Part shown: one piece after another, positions 17,339-27,205 of the stretch
Layout of the letters: each line of letters begins with the position of its first letter
Numbering within the stretch: position 1 is the stretch's first letter
DNA from: Candidatus Heimdallarchaeota archaeon
GTDB lineage: Archaea > Asgardarchaeota > Heimdallarchaeia > JABLTI01
Assembly: GCA_018238155.1 (NCBI GenBank)
Contig: JABCTZ010000032.1
Span: 64,001 to 128,000, forward strand
Reading direction: 5' to 3'
Length of the DNA stretch: 64,000 bases
The notes under the pieces: generated by a model
The model's database searches: none
Told to the model about the DNA's origin: nothing
The model's input: the letters and a program-made list of their open reading frames with translations, nothing else
Program-made: the position numbers and the translations under genes

Positions 17339-19543
17339 ATGGCAGACAAGCAACGATATAACACTACTTTATGGACGATTATAATTATCTTTTTGGTGAT
17401 CTCAACAAGTGGAATATTCTTCCTAGCATTTTATATTCCACAAGGATCAGGAGGAAAAGGTGTTAAAATAGCTATTTTAGATACCGGTATAAACATGGAT
17501 GCAAAAATTGCTGGTTATAAAGTTTCAAAGCATTTAAGTGACAGAGTAATTTTAAAGAAAAATTTCGCAACAACGGAATATGGTTTTGATAAAAATTGTA
17601 CCATTGTTGACGATACATCTGTTTTACATGGAACTATTATTGCCCTAACAATTGCAGGCAAAGCAGATGGAATTGCACCTGAATCAGAATTAATTATTGG
17701 GCGGTGTGCAGACACAGATGGTTCTGCAAGTTATGAAGCATTATTGGCTGCTTTTCTTTGGGCAGTGAATGAAGCTGATGCTGATATCGTTAATATTTCT
17801 CTTGGTGGAGGAATATTATATAATGATACTGTTGTTGAAGCTATAAACCGCGCAACTCTAGAAAAGGGTGTGTTGACAGTTGTTTCAGCTGGGAACAGTG
17901 GTGATGAGTTACGATACTCACTATCATCGATTAATGGTCCCGCAAATGCGTTACAATCAATCGCTGTTGGAGCTGTTGATTTTCTTGGTGTTTCTTCTTA
18001 CAGTAGTTTAGGACCTCTAAAAAATCATCAAATAAAACCTGATTTACTTGATTCTGGTTTTGGGTTGAATGTTCTTGGAACGAGTTTCGCAGCACCAAAA
18101 ATTGCCGCTAAAGCCGCAGTGTTACTTTCATGGTGTAGAGAACAAGGATATATTTCATCACCTGGGTTGCTAAAAGCTGCTTTAATGCGAAGTGCTGACG
18201 TCAATATTGATTATCCCGTCCAATTTGGAGGAGCAGGTCTTCCAAGTGTTGAGGAAGCTAAAAAAATTATTACCGATGCAACAAAAATAAATGATGTGCC
18301 TATTCTTTCTTACATATTACCAAGAGAGTTACCCTTCGGTATTTCTGAGGTCTTTCAAGGTGATATTTGGTCTTTCCCATTAACAATAATCTCTTCACAA
18401 GAAATTGATTACACAATAACTTCGGATATTTCATCCGATAATTCAATAATATCGATTGCAAATAGTTTTACAAACAATCAAACTGGTATTTTAGACTGTC
18501 ATTTTGATGTTCCTTCAAATTTCACACCAACAAACAATTATTACGAGCAATTCACATTCACGAACCAATTTGCTGGAACTATTCATCTAAATATTTCTGT
18601 AGATGTAGCAAAACCAATAGTACGCATTGGATTTGATGTTTATCATTCCTTATGGAGTAATGATCATTTATTAGGTCAATTTCTTGAAATGAGAAATTAT
18701 CTAGCTGATGAATCAATAGCATTAATTGAACTCGGATCTCCTGAGAATTACACTGATTTAAGTAACTACGATGCAGTGATATTACCAGATCCAAATTCCT
18801 TTGGTTCCTACATCAATTCAATAAATCAAATGGAATATTTCTATAGACCATTTTCTAATGATACTATTACGGCATTAGTCGATTTTGTCAATAATGGAAA
18901 AGGATTATTCATATTGACGACTGATGCTGATTCTTCCAATATCACAGAAACAAATCGACTATTACAAAATTTCAATATTACCGCAACTAAATTTAGTGTC
19001 CCTTCGACAGAAGTAGACCTTGAAGACGGAACATATGCTGTAGTAAAAATAACAGACTTCTTAGAAAATCACCCGATTATTGCTGGTGAAATTGAAAAAA
19101 TTGATTTTTATGGTGCAATATTAAATGTCTCTGGAGATAATGCACAAGAAATTGCTTGGGGTAAAGGTTCAACTGGTACTTTAAAACCTGTATTAGCTGG
19201 ATTTAATACTTCTCTCTCCAGCTCTGGAAGAGTGCTAGTTTCAGGATCAAATTTCATGATTGATAATTGGGGTATTAATAATGGATATGGCGCAACAGAT
19301 AATCTGAAATTTCTTTACAATGTTATTTCATGGATAACAAATACAACAATTAACTTGCATATATTGAGTAATCCATCACAAAGTGAAGTTTTTTCGAGCT
19401 ATAAGGATTTGCCACAACAACTTGGAATAAATACTGTTATAACAATAAATAGTAGTCAATCAATAGAAACAATGACTTTAGGTATCACATTAAATGTGAT
19501 GTCCTTAAATGAAGAAAAGAAAAAAAGATTCTTTTCTTTCTAA
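17339..19543 (+). CDS. Membrane-anchored S8 subtilase, site-1 protease (MBTPS1/SKI-1)-like, with C-terminal GATase/DUF4350-like domain
   Basis: Triad ILDTG / HGT / GTSFAAP, oxyanion SAGNSG, IKPDL; N-terminal TM; C-terminal RIGFDVYH...DH...F, GRVLVSG. Confidence 0.85.
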   Translation: MADKQRYNTTLWTIIIIFLVISTSGIFFLAFYIPQGSGGKGVKIAILDTGINMDAKIAGYKVSKHLSDRVILKKNFATTEYGFDKNCTIVDDTSVLHGTIIALTIAGKADGIAPESELIIGRCADTDGSASYEALLAAFLWAVNEADADIVNISLGGGILYNDTVVEAINRATLEKGVLTVVSAGNSGDELRYSLSSINGPANALQSIAVGAVDFLGVSSYSSLGPLKNHQIKPDLLDSGFGLNVLGTSFAAPKIAAKAAVLLSWCREQGYISSPGLLKAALMRSADVNIDYPVQFGGAGLPSVEEAKKIITDATKINDVPILSYILPRELPFGISEVFQGDIWSFPLTIISSQEIDYTITSDISSDNSIISIANSFTNNQTGILDCHFDVPSNFTPTNNYYEQFTFTNQFAGTIHLNISVDVAKPIVRIGFDVYHSLWSNDHLLGQFLEMRNYLADESIALIELGSPENYTDLSNYDAVILPDPNSFGSYINSINQMEYFYRPFSNDTITALVDFVNNGKGLFILTTDADSSNITETNRLLQNFNITATKFSVPSTEVDLEDGTYAVVKITDFLENHPIIAGEIEKIDFYGAILNVSGDNAQEIAWGKGSTGTLKPVLAGFNTSLSSSGRVLVSGSNFMIDNWGINNGYGATDNLKFLYNVISWITNTTINLHILSNPSQSEVFSSYKDLPQQLGINTVITINSSQSIETMTLGITLNVMSLNEEKKKRFFSF

Positions 19544-19550
19544 TATTTTT

Positions 19551-20375
19551 TTAGAATAAGAAAGCAATGGACTTTTTCTTTTTGTCTGCCCATTCAATAT
19601 ATCCTTTTTCATGCATGAGTTTGAAAATCCTTTTGAGATCCTGTTGAGGTATAGAACTCCAAGGTTGTCCTGCATCTTGAATGTCAAATAATGTCATTAC
19701 TCTCTCTGCACTTGCGGCTCTACCAGTTTTAATACTCCACTCATAGATGATATCTCCCCATTCATCAAGAGTTCGCCAATACAAGCGCAATCGTATCTTC
19801 TTCTTATCCCACCAAATTCCCATCTCTTGAGCAACAATATAATCACCAATTTCTTGAAATTGCTCTCTATCTAGTTTTTTCTTTACTGTTTTATTGTTAA
19901 ATGGGTAGTTTGAGCTTTCTTCTTCGACATGGATTATGTGTTTGATATTTATTCTAGCATAGTCCATAATAAAGTTAGACCAATCTGAAGACCACGAATC
20001 AAGCTGTTTTTGATGTTCTGGTGTGACATACATCCAAGGTTTATCAATCCATTCCGGAAGAATCTCTTTTAACTGTCTTTCGATATCTTGTCCAAGATCA
20101 AAAAGGTCCTCTCGAGATATTGCTACATCAGATTCGATTAATTGTTCAATTCGAAGCATCGCATTGAATATCTTTTCTTCTGTTGTTACTGGATTTTCTA
20201 TTAAAGAAATAGTAATTGTTGCTTCTTTTGGTGGTTTAATTTTAATTTTAGATTTCTCAGCGGGTATTTCTTCTTTAACTTTTTCTTTTTTTACTTTTTC
20301 CTTTACAGCGACTTGATCTGTCTTGTTACGTTTGGATTTCGTTTTTCCTTTCTTTTTCTTCGGTTTTATTGACAT
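19551..20375 (-). CDS. vps25: ESCRT-II Vps25/EAP20 homolog with Lys-rich N-terminal extension
   Basis: PWMYVTP...KQLDSW...PFNNKTVKKKL...WDKKK...LYWRTLDEWGDIIYEW...TLFDI, matching Vps25 tandem winged helices. Confidence 0.88.
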   Translation of the reverse strand: MSIKPKKKKGKTKSKRNKTDQVAVKEKVKKEKVKEEIPAEKSKIKIKPPKEATITISLIENPVTTEEKIFNAMLRIEQLIESDVAISREDLFDLGQDIERQLKEILPEWIDKPWMYVTPEHQKQLDSWSSDWSNFIMDYARINIKHIIHVEEESSNYPFNNKTVKKKLDREQFQEIGDYIVAQEMGIWWDKKKIRLRLYWRTLDEWGDIIYEWSIKTGRAASAERVMTLFDIQDAGQPWSSIPQQDLKRIFKLMHEKGYIEWADKKKKSIAFLF

Positions 20376-20656
20376 AACGCATTCCCGCTAAATAATAAAA
20401 TAATAGTGTAAACAATCTATTTTAAACTATTTTCCTTATACTCTTTTGTTTACAGATCAAATAATATATTCATTTTGTAGTAATAATCATTTTTATATTT
20501 TATCGAATATGTAATATATTGATGTTCAATAATAGGCAAATCATCTGCGCCACGATTGAAAAACTTAGTAATCATTCGATTGGTACAAACAATTTCCAAA
20601 GAAAGATCTTTGTTTTATGTCTGAGAAAGATAATGGAATATCTTTGAAAGATTGTT

Positions 20657-21841
20657 TCAAATATTTCCAAATTCTTCGGCCCAATCTCTATGTCTAAGTA
20701 ATTCTTCAGGTGCAACACTTGGTTTAATTTTTTCAAATGCTAACATGTAATCTTGTACTGTTACAGCTCGAGCTTTGATGTCAGGATTATCTAAGGCACC
20801 TGAAATATCAAGCTCTCTAACAGGCATCATTATTGCTTCACGACAGATTAATTGAATATCTCTTCCAGAATATCCATCACTCATCTCACCAATTAGTTGG
20901 AAATCAATTGTATCTTCAATTTCTACACCTTTGGAATGAATCTCAAAGATTTTAGATCTTGCAAGTAAATCTGGCAGATTGATATAAATTCTCTTTTCAA
21001 ATCTGCTCCTAAAGGCTGGGTCAATTTCCCAGGGAAGATTTGTTGCACCAATAACCACTACTCTGTCTTCCTTTTTGGTAGTCACACCACTCATTTGAGT
21101 CATGAGTGTTGTTTTCACTCTTCGCATTGCATCATGCTCTCCTCCTCTTGCAGCAGCTATACTATCTATTTCATCAATGAATATTAGAGATGGTTGTTTT
21201 TCTTGTGCAGATTCAAATAATTGTGTAACAAGCTTTTCTGACTCTCCTAACCATTTCGAAATAATACTTGAAGCGCTGACATTGAAAAATGTAGCATCAA
21301 CTTCTGTTGCTACTGCTCTTGCAAGCAATGTTTTTCCAGTACCTGGTGGTCCAAATAATAGAATACCTCTCCAAGGATTCCTTGCACCAGTAAATAAATC
21401 CGGTCTTTTCATAGGTAATATAATTGCTTCTCTTAGAGCTCTTTTTGCATCTTCTAAACCTGCGACATTGCTCATTTTGACATTTGGTTTTTCTACGATA
21501 ATGATTTCATCAATTGCTTCTTCTAATTCATCTTTATCTTCATCTGATTCATCTGAATCTTTGCCACCACTCTTTCTATTGGACCCTCTTTTCTTTCTAC
21601 TTGAATCGGCAGGTTGCATTCCTTGATCTTTCAATTCCTTCGCTCGAGCAAGATATTCTTTTGATTTTAAGAAATACATATTTTTTAGCTGTGGATTGCT
21701 CGTGAAGCTTATTAGTTGCTGCAGTATTTCTGCAGCTTTCAAGTAATTTTGAAAAGCTGATTTATAATTTCCAGCTTGATCTTGGTCATATGCTTTTTGT
21801 GCATATTTTGATGCATATTGATACAAAGATGAATTAGCCAC
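20657..21841 (-). CDS. vps4: Vps4 AAA ATPase (MIT + AAA)
   Basis: N-terminal MIT-like helices; VAGLEDAKRALREAIILP, PWRGILLFGPPGTGKT, SKWLGESEK, FIDEID, RFEKRIYI, GYSGRDI, C-terminal WAEEFG. Confidence 0.95.
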   Translation of the reverse strand: MANSSLYQYASKYAQKAYDQDQAGNYKSAFQNYLKAAEILQQLISFTSNPQLKNMYFLKSKEYLARAKELKDQGMQPADSSRKKRGSNRKSGGKDSDESDEDKDELEEAIDEIIIVEKPNVKMSNVAGLEDAKRALREAIILPMKRPDLFTGARNPWRGILLFGPPGTGKTLLARAVATEVDATFFNVSASSIISKWLGESEKLVTQLFESAQEKQPSLIFIDEIDSIAAARGGEHDAMRRVKTTLMTQMSGVTTKKEDRVVVIGATNLPWEIDPAFRSRFEKRIYINLPDLLARSKIFEIHSKGVEIEDTIDFQLIGEMSDGYSGRDIQLICREAIMMPVRELDISGALDNPDIKARAVTVQDYMLAFEKIKPSVAPEELLRHRDWAEEFGNI

Positions 21842-21998
21842 TTTCGTTCACGCTCGTTATTTCATAGAATCTTCTATCTTATATATTTACCATTATAGAC
21901 ATTTTTCTCTTGCTATTCGAAACCCTATCTTTAACTATGATATCATGGTGTTTCTCTTATAAAAGTATATTATTTTACACCGTTTATTTAGATTGTAA

Positions 21999-23399
21999 TT
22001 ATTCTTTCAATTTCAAAGCGATTATAAAATCCATAACATTCGTTCCTGTAGATTCAGTTATTATTAAACCATTAGTTTCTTTGAAGAAATTATATGAATC
22101 ATTGTTTGTAAGGAATTCTTGTAAATCTAAATTCAATTGTTTCGCCTTTTTGATAATACAATTATCTATGAGTGCTCCTGCTGCATCTGTTGGACCATCT
22201 TTTCCATCTGACCCTATAGAAGCAATTACTATTGTTTCAGATTTCTTTAATGAAATTCCTGATGCCAATGTTAATTCTTGATTTCTTCCCCCTTGACCTT
22301 GACCGGTTATTTTTACTGTTGTTTCACCACAGCCAATTAGTAGGGTATTCTTTTCAACATTATTTATTGCAGTAGCAATTTTAGAACCAACATCTTTGGC
22401 TTCTCCATTTATCTCAGTAGAGAGGATCTTACAATTTAAACCGATATCAAGCGCTGTTTTTTTCATAGCTAAACACGAAACTGTATTCGAAGCAATAATA
22501 TAATTGCTTACTTTTTTAAATAATGTCTTTGTTTTCTTAGGAGAATTGCTAATTTCATTATTTATTTCCTTCTCAATTATTTTAGCTATTGCTATTGGTA
22601 TTTTTCCTTTCAAGTTATATTTTAGTACTATTTCTTCTACATCTTGCCACGTTGTAGTATCTGGAGCAGTTGGACCTGATGCAATTGTATCTATATTATC
22701 ACCAATAACATCACTGATGATAAGAGAAATTACTTTTGCAGGTTGTGCTGCTTCTGCTAATTTACCTCCTTTAATTTTTGATAAATGTTTTCTAATAGTG
22801 TTTAATTCATGAATTGTAGCACCTACATTTGTCAAGAGGTTGAAAATTATCTGTAAATCTGTAAGAGAGATTGTTTCAAGAGGTAATTCCAAAAGAGCAG
22901 AACCTCCACCACTTATCAACGAGAGAACTATATCATTTTCAGTTAGATTTTCAACTAGTTCTAGAATTCTTTTCGCTCCTGCAACACTTCCCTTATTTAC
23001 AAAAGGATGACCTGCCGATTGTAGAATTATTTTCTTTAATGGATATTTTTTCTTGATTTCTTCAGCTGGAACACATATCAAACCTTGGTGAATTCGTTCC
23101 CCTAAAATCTTCTCTACAGCTAACGCCATTGCAGCAGATGCTTTACCAGCTCCAATTACAACAATTCTACATCCTTTTTTTATCTCTATTTGGGAATAAT
23201 CAGATAATATCAATTCATTATTTTTGATGGATAGAAATTCTTCCACTACTTTCTGTGGGTTTGCTGCTTCGAGACCTTTCTCCAAAACAGCTAAAATGAT
23301 TTTACGTGCATTGAGATTTCTTTCATCACAAACCTTTGATAGTAAAATAGCTCTATTTTTGACATATTGTTCTTTTTTCTGAATTATTTTTCCCCTCAA
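21999..23399 (-). CDS. gck: Glycerate 2-kinase (MOFRL family)
   Basis: GAGKAS, GHP, LISGGGSAL, ELNTIRKHLSKIKGGKLA, ISDVIGD, IASGPT, GETTV, GGRNQE, GSDGKDG, TGTNVMD; start uncertain. Confidence 0.93.
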   Translation of the reverse strand: MRGKIIQKKEQYVKNRAILLSKVCDERNLNARKIILAVLEKGLEAANPQKVVEEFLSIKNNELILSDYSQIEIKKGCRIVVIGAGKASAAMALAVEKILGERIHQGLICVPAEEIKKKYPLKKIILQSAGHPFVNKGSVAGAKRILELVENLTENDIVLSLISGGGSALLELPLETISLTDLQIIFNLLTNVGATIHELNTIRKHLSKIKGGKLAEAAQPAKVISLIISDVIGDNIDTIASGPTAPDTTTWQDVEEIVLKYNLKGKIPIAIAKIIEKEINNEISNSPKKTKTLFKKVSNYIIASNTVSCLAMKKTALDIGLNCKILSTEINGEAKDVGSKIATAINNVEKNTLLIGCGETTVKITGQGQGGRNQELTLASGISLKKSETIVIASIGSDGKDGPTDAAGALIDNCIIKKAKQLNLDLQEFLTNNDSYNFFKETNGLIITESTGTNVMDFIIALKLKE

Positions 23400-23504
23400 G
23401 TATTATTTTTTCATCAACTTCTATTGTAAACTAAGAGAACATTCATTAATTACTTTTTCAGTTATTTATTATTGGTTAAATATTATTGCCGGGGTTGACA
23501 AACA

Positions 23505-24917
23505 ATTACAAGTAGATTTCTAAGTAGAACAACAAATGCTCTCTTCAATCAGAGGTTCTTTTTAGGTGTTTATGCACCAATAATCCTTGAGTTCATTGTT
23601 TATGCAATTTATTCTGTTGCAAGAGGCAGTGAGTTCAATTTTGGAACAATCCTTTGGGCAGTGATGCTTATTGCTCCCGCTTTATTCTTCTATATGTTGT
23701 CACCTGTGTTTATTTATTATGTTAGTGGAGCAGGAAAATATTATGAGAAAAATCTGAAAGAGAACTTAGATTCACTATTTATATTTTCAGATGATGAAGA
23801 TCATTTAGTTGATAAACAGAAATTAAAGATTAGAGAAGAAATAAATGAAAAGCTAATTCCTAGGTTGGTAAAAGATGTCAAAGGATTGTATATTGATTCA
23901 TATATTAGTCGATCTCGTAGTGATAAGAAAAATAACTTATTGAGTAGCTTTGAATCATTGTTTCTATTTTCTATTCTTTGGTCTATTTTATCTTTAGCAG
24001 ATTTTATTGGTGTAATAATTCTTCATTACACACCAATCGCTTTAGATTTTGTTTATATTGATCAAATCACTAATGGTATAAATGTAGTAATCTTTGCTCT
24101 GATTTTTGGTTCATTAACTATTCTAAGTGATTTACTGGCATTTTATTCACTTGGACGTCTAAGACATTTAATGCTTGAAACTCTTCCAATTGTTATTTAT
24201 GTTGATGAAGAAGAGCAAATTAAAAGAAATAATTACATTAGAGCGTTAAGTCAATTTCCAATAGAAGGATTAGTAAGTGATCGATTATTACGTAAACATT
24301 CAAGACGAATTGATGGAATCTATGAACAAGAGTTTTCCGAACCACTTTCGGAAGCATTGCGTGTATATGCTAGGAATCAAGTTGCCAAACAGCAAGCTTG
24401 GAGGATATACAAACCAATATTAGATGAATTAGAAGTGACTGCTGTGCAAACAGCAATAATCAAGGATCGATTCTTTGATAGTCCTATCTATGAAATTGCT
24501 CGAGATGTTTTTAGTTATGATCATGAACTTCACTCACTTAAAACAGATATTGAATATGTAAAGAATAGATTGAATTTGTGGGATGAGATTTCTGAGGAAG
24601 AAAGAGCAACCTCATTAGTTTTCCTCTTCAGATCAACTGAGCAGCTTTTCAAAAGTATTTTAGATGGATTTGATGCTCCAATTGAGATTAATGCCAATTT
24701 TTCTGCTATGCTCAAATATCTTAAAGAAAAATCTTTGGTGAATGAAAAAGAAGAACAATCATTCAACAAAATTAGAAAGAAAAGAAATACTTTAGTTCAT
24801 CAATCCGGACGTATAGTATCAATTAAGAAGAGTGAAATTGAAAGCTTTCTACAAAGTTTAGAAAGTGTTTTACTTAAAGTTGAAAAACGATTCAAAAGCT
24901 TAAAAAGTAAAAGCTAG
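23505..24917 (+). CDS. Multi-TM protein with C-terminal HEPN-like domain
   Basis: About four TM segments; C-terminal LFRSTEQLF...FSAMLKYL...IRKKRNTLVH; frame open from 23499, probable ATT start at 23505 (ORF track starts at GTG 23661). Confidence 0.65.
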   Translation: MTSRFLSRTTNALFNQRFFLGVYAPIILEFIVYAIYSVARGSEFNFGTILWAVMLIAPALFFYMLSPVFIYYVSGAGKYYEKNLKENLDSLFIFSDDEDHLVDKQKLKIREEINEKLIPRLVKDVKGLYIDSYISRSRSDKKNNLLSSFESLFLFSILWSILSLADFIGVIILHYTPIALDFVYIDQITNGINVVIFALIFGSLTILSDLLAFYSLGRLRHLMLETLPIVIYVDEEEQIKRNNYIRALSQFPIEGLVSDRLLRKHSRRIDGIYEQEFSEPLSEALRVYARNQVAKQQAWRIYKPILDELEVTAVQTAIIKDRFFDSPIYEIARDVFSYDHELHSLKTDIEYVKNRLNLWDEISEEERATSLVFLFRSTEQLFKSILDGFDAPIEINANFSAMLKYLKEKSLVNEKEEQSFNKIRKKRNTLVHQSGRIVSIKKSEIESFLQSLESVLLKVEKRFKSLKSKS

Positions 24918-25009
24918 GTGCAATATTAACAATAAATTCAGTTCTAGCGAAAAACTTTTTGAATAGACTTTATTCACCTCATTATTAGATGATAAAAGAA
25001 CGTGATATT

Positions 25010-25435
25010 ATGTCAGAAAGAAAGAAAACAACCTCTTCAAAGAAACCTACAAAAAAATCCAAAACATCAGCAGTTACAAAAAAGACTGGAAAAGCTAAAG
25101 CTTCTTCTACAAAGAAATCTACTGCTAAGAAACCCGCATCAACTAAAAAAGTCTCCAAAAAAGCCTCGACTGTAAAAGCACAAATTGTGAGCTATAGAAG
25201 AAGCAATCGATTACAAGTCACTAATCAAGCAATTGCCTTGATTTTAGATGATGTTAATCATAAAGCATTAGTGGGTAGAAAATTCACTCTTAACTTTGCA
25301 GATAGCAATGCTATTGCAAAAGGAATTGTTTCTGCAACTCATGGTCAATTAAGAAATAAGCGAGTAAGACTACGTTTTGCGAAAGGCGGTATGGCTGGTA
25401 AAGCAGTCAATCAAATAATTGAAATTCATATTTAA
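25010..25435 (+). CDS. rpl35ae: Ribosomal protein eL33 (L35Ae) with Lys/Ser/Thr/Ala-rich N-terminal extension
   Basis: KAQIVSYRRS..LQ..NQA, LVGRK, GIVSATHG, VRLRF, GKAVNQIIEI. Confidence 0.85.
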   Translation: MSERKKTTSSKKPTKKSKTSAVTKKTGKAKASSTKKSTAKKPASTKKVSKKASTVKAQIVSYRRSNRLQVTNQAIALILDDVNHKALVGRKFTLNFADSNAIAKGIVSATHGQLRNKRVRLRFAKGGMAGKAVNQIIEIHI

Positions 25436-25510
25436 AAAAATTCTAGAGAGCAAGGGGGTCTCCTCTTCTCTCCGAGACTAATTCTATTTGTTTTTTATGC
25501 AATTAATTAT

Positions 25511-26917
25511 TTACATTTCTGGTAATTCTTTCTTCCAAGCAGATAGGAGATCAATAAGCATCTGTTTTCTTTTAACTCCACCACTTTTAATCTTATAGAC
25601 TCTAGTCATTCCTGGTGAACCAACATGTTCATACATCTGTTCTATGAACTTATCACATATATCATTAAATGAACTTGTATCATTGATAGCTTCAATATAT
25701 TTAATGAAAACATCAATAACTTTCACAAGCTCAGGACTAGGTTTTCTATCAATTTTAACTGTTTTTTTACTTCTAGAAGCTCTTTTCTTTGTATATGATA
25801 CTTTAGGAACTTTTACTCCTTCATCAAGATCTGGTTGTTCTTTCTCAGAAGCATCATCTTTTGGTTTATCTTTTTGAACACTTTTACCTTTAAGATAATC
25901 ACTTGGTTTAACAGAACGTTCATCTGGATCTTCTTCAATATTTTCTGTTGAAGCTTTGGCAGGTTTTCTTTTAACTACCTCCTGAGTAGTTTCACTTGCT
26001 TTTTGTTCTGTTACTCGTGATTGAGTAGCTTGCTGAGCCGGTGCTGAACTCACAAATTGTCTTGTCATTGAAGCTATTTGAGGTTGGAATATTTTCTCAA
26101 TTTCATGAGCATGAATAGCAATTTGATTCAATATTTTTTGTTTAGTAATATGTCTATCATCTACAATTTCACTTAGCTCTACGCCAAGGAAAGCTATAAA
26201 TTCCTTCTTGAAAGGATCATCTACAGTTCCATAGATTTCATCCAGTTCTCCAATGATATTTTCAATATTCTTGAGTGTTTTATCTGAACCTGACCCTTTT
26301 CTCTTTTCATCCTCATATTCTAGAGCAACTTCTTTAAGTTCTCTTTGAAGATCCTTCAAACGCATTTCTAATTGGCTATTCTCAACTTCTAAATCATTTG
26401 CTTCTTCTAGCTTTTCATCATATTTCTCTTTAACTTTCTTGAAATCAGTTGAAAGTGATTCGTTAGTCATTTTGAGATATTTGCTTTCTTCAGTTAATTT
26501 GATGTTTGTCTCCCTGATTTTTGCGTCTGCTTGGGGAGCTGCGGATAAATTCTTTAACTGACTTTGTAATTCTTTTGCTTGAGCATCAGTTGTTTGATAT
26601 TTGCTCTTTAGAGTAATGTTTTCCTGTTTAAGTGTGGCAGTTTCTATCTCCAATTCTTCATTTCTTTCTGAATATTTCGAAACCATGGAAATCATTCTTG
26701 GTGCCATCCCTAAACTGATTTTTTTATTATCAAGTAAAGAGATCAAATTCTCCAATTCAAAATATTTCATATCTTTTTCTTTAAGAAGGTTAGAAGGTCG
26801 AAGGAGTACATCAATATCTTCAATGAAGAAGCTCAACTTCTCGTACCCGAATTGTTTTGCTTTTTTCTCCAATATAGCAAGTTGTTTTTGAGTTATTGAT
26901 GAAGATTCTTCGCTCAT
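25511..26917 (-). CDS. Hypothetical coiled-coil protein
   Basis: Heptad-rich E/K/L segment at about aa 75-215, disordered linker, small helical C-terminal domain. Confidence 0.65.
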   Translation of the reverse strand: MSEESSSITQKQLAILEKKAKQFGYEKLSFFIEDIDVLLRPSNLLKEKDMKYFELENLISLLDNKKISLGMAPRMISMVSKYSERNEELEIETATLKQENITLKSKYQTTDAQAKELQSQLKNLSAAPQADAKIRETNIKLTEESKYLKMTNESLSTDFKKVKEKYDEKLEEANDLEVENSQLEMRLKDLQRELKEVALEYEDEKRKGSGSDKTLKNIENIIGELDEIYGTVDDPFKKEFIAFLGVELSEIVDDRHITKQKILNQIAIHAHEIEKIFQPQIASMTRQFVSSAPAQQATQSRVTEQKASETTQEVVKRKPAKASTENIEEDPDERSVKPSDYLKGKSVQKDKPKDDASEKEQPDLDEGVKVPKVSYTKKRASRSKKTVKIDRKPSPELVKVIDVFIKYIEAINDTSSFNDICDKFIEQMYEHVGSPGMTRVYKIKSGGVKRKQMLIDLLSAWKKELPEM

Positions 26918-27205
26918 TTTTTTTCGCCACGCATTAGATAAGAACGTTATTCTAATGATTGAAAAAGTTTTTCTTTGTAAAAAAGCTATCGAACTTCTTT
27001 ATTACCTTTCGGTTTGTGCTATTTTCCATATAATTTAGTCCCATACTTGAACATTTAAATATGTTAGAGAATTTTCCTAAAAAACATTTAAAAGATTAAG
27101 ATAACAATTATGCTTATCTGGTATTTAGAATCAATTTGTACTTTCATTAAAGTTTAATAACACATTATTATTGTTATCTTTATAAAACGAATTGAGGGTT
27201 ATTAT

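Noticed and set aside
20376-20656. Hidden small ESCRT-III gene between vps4 and vps25
   Set aside because: Only ~41 aa ORFs on either strand, with no coiled-coil or MIM-like features
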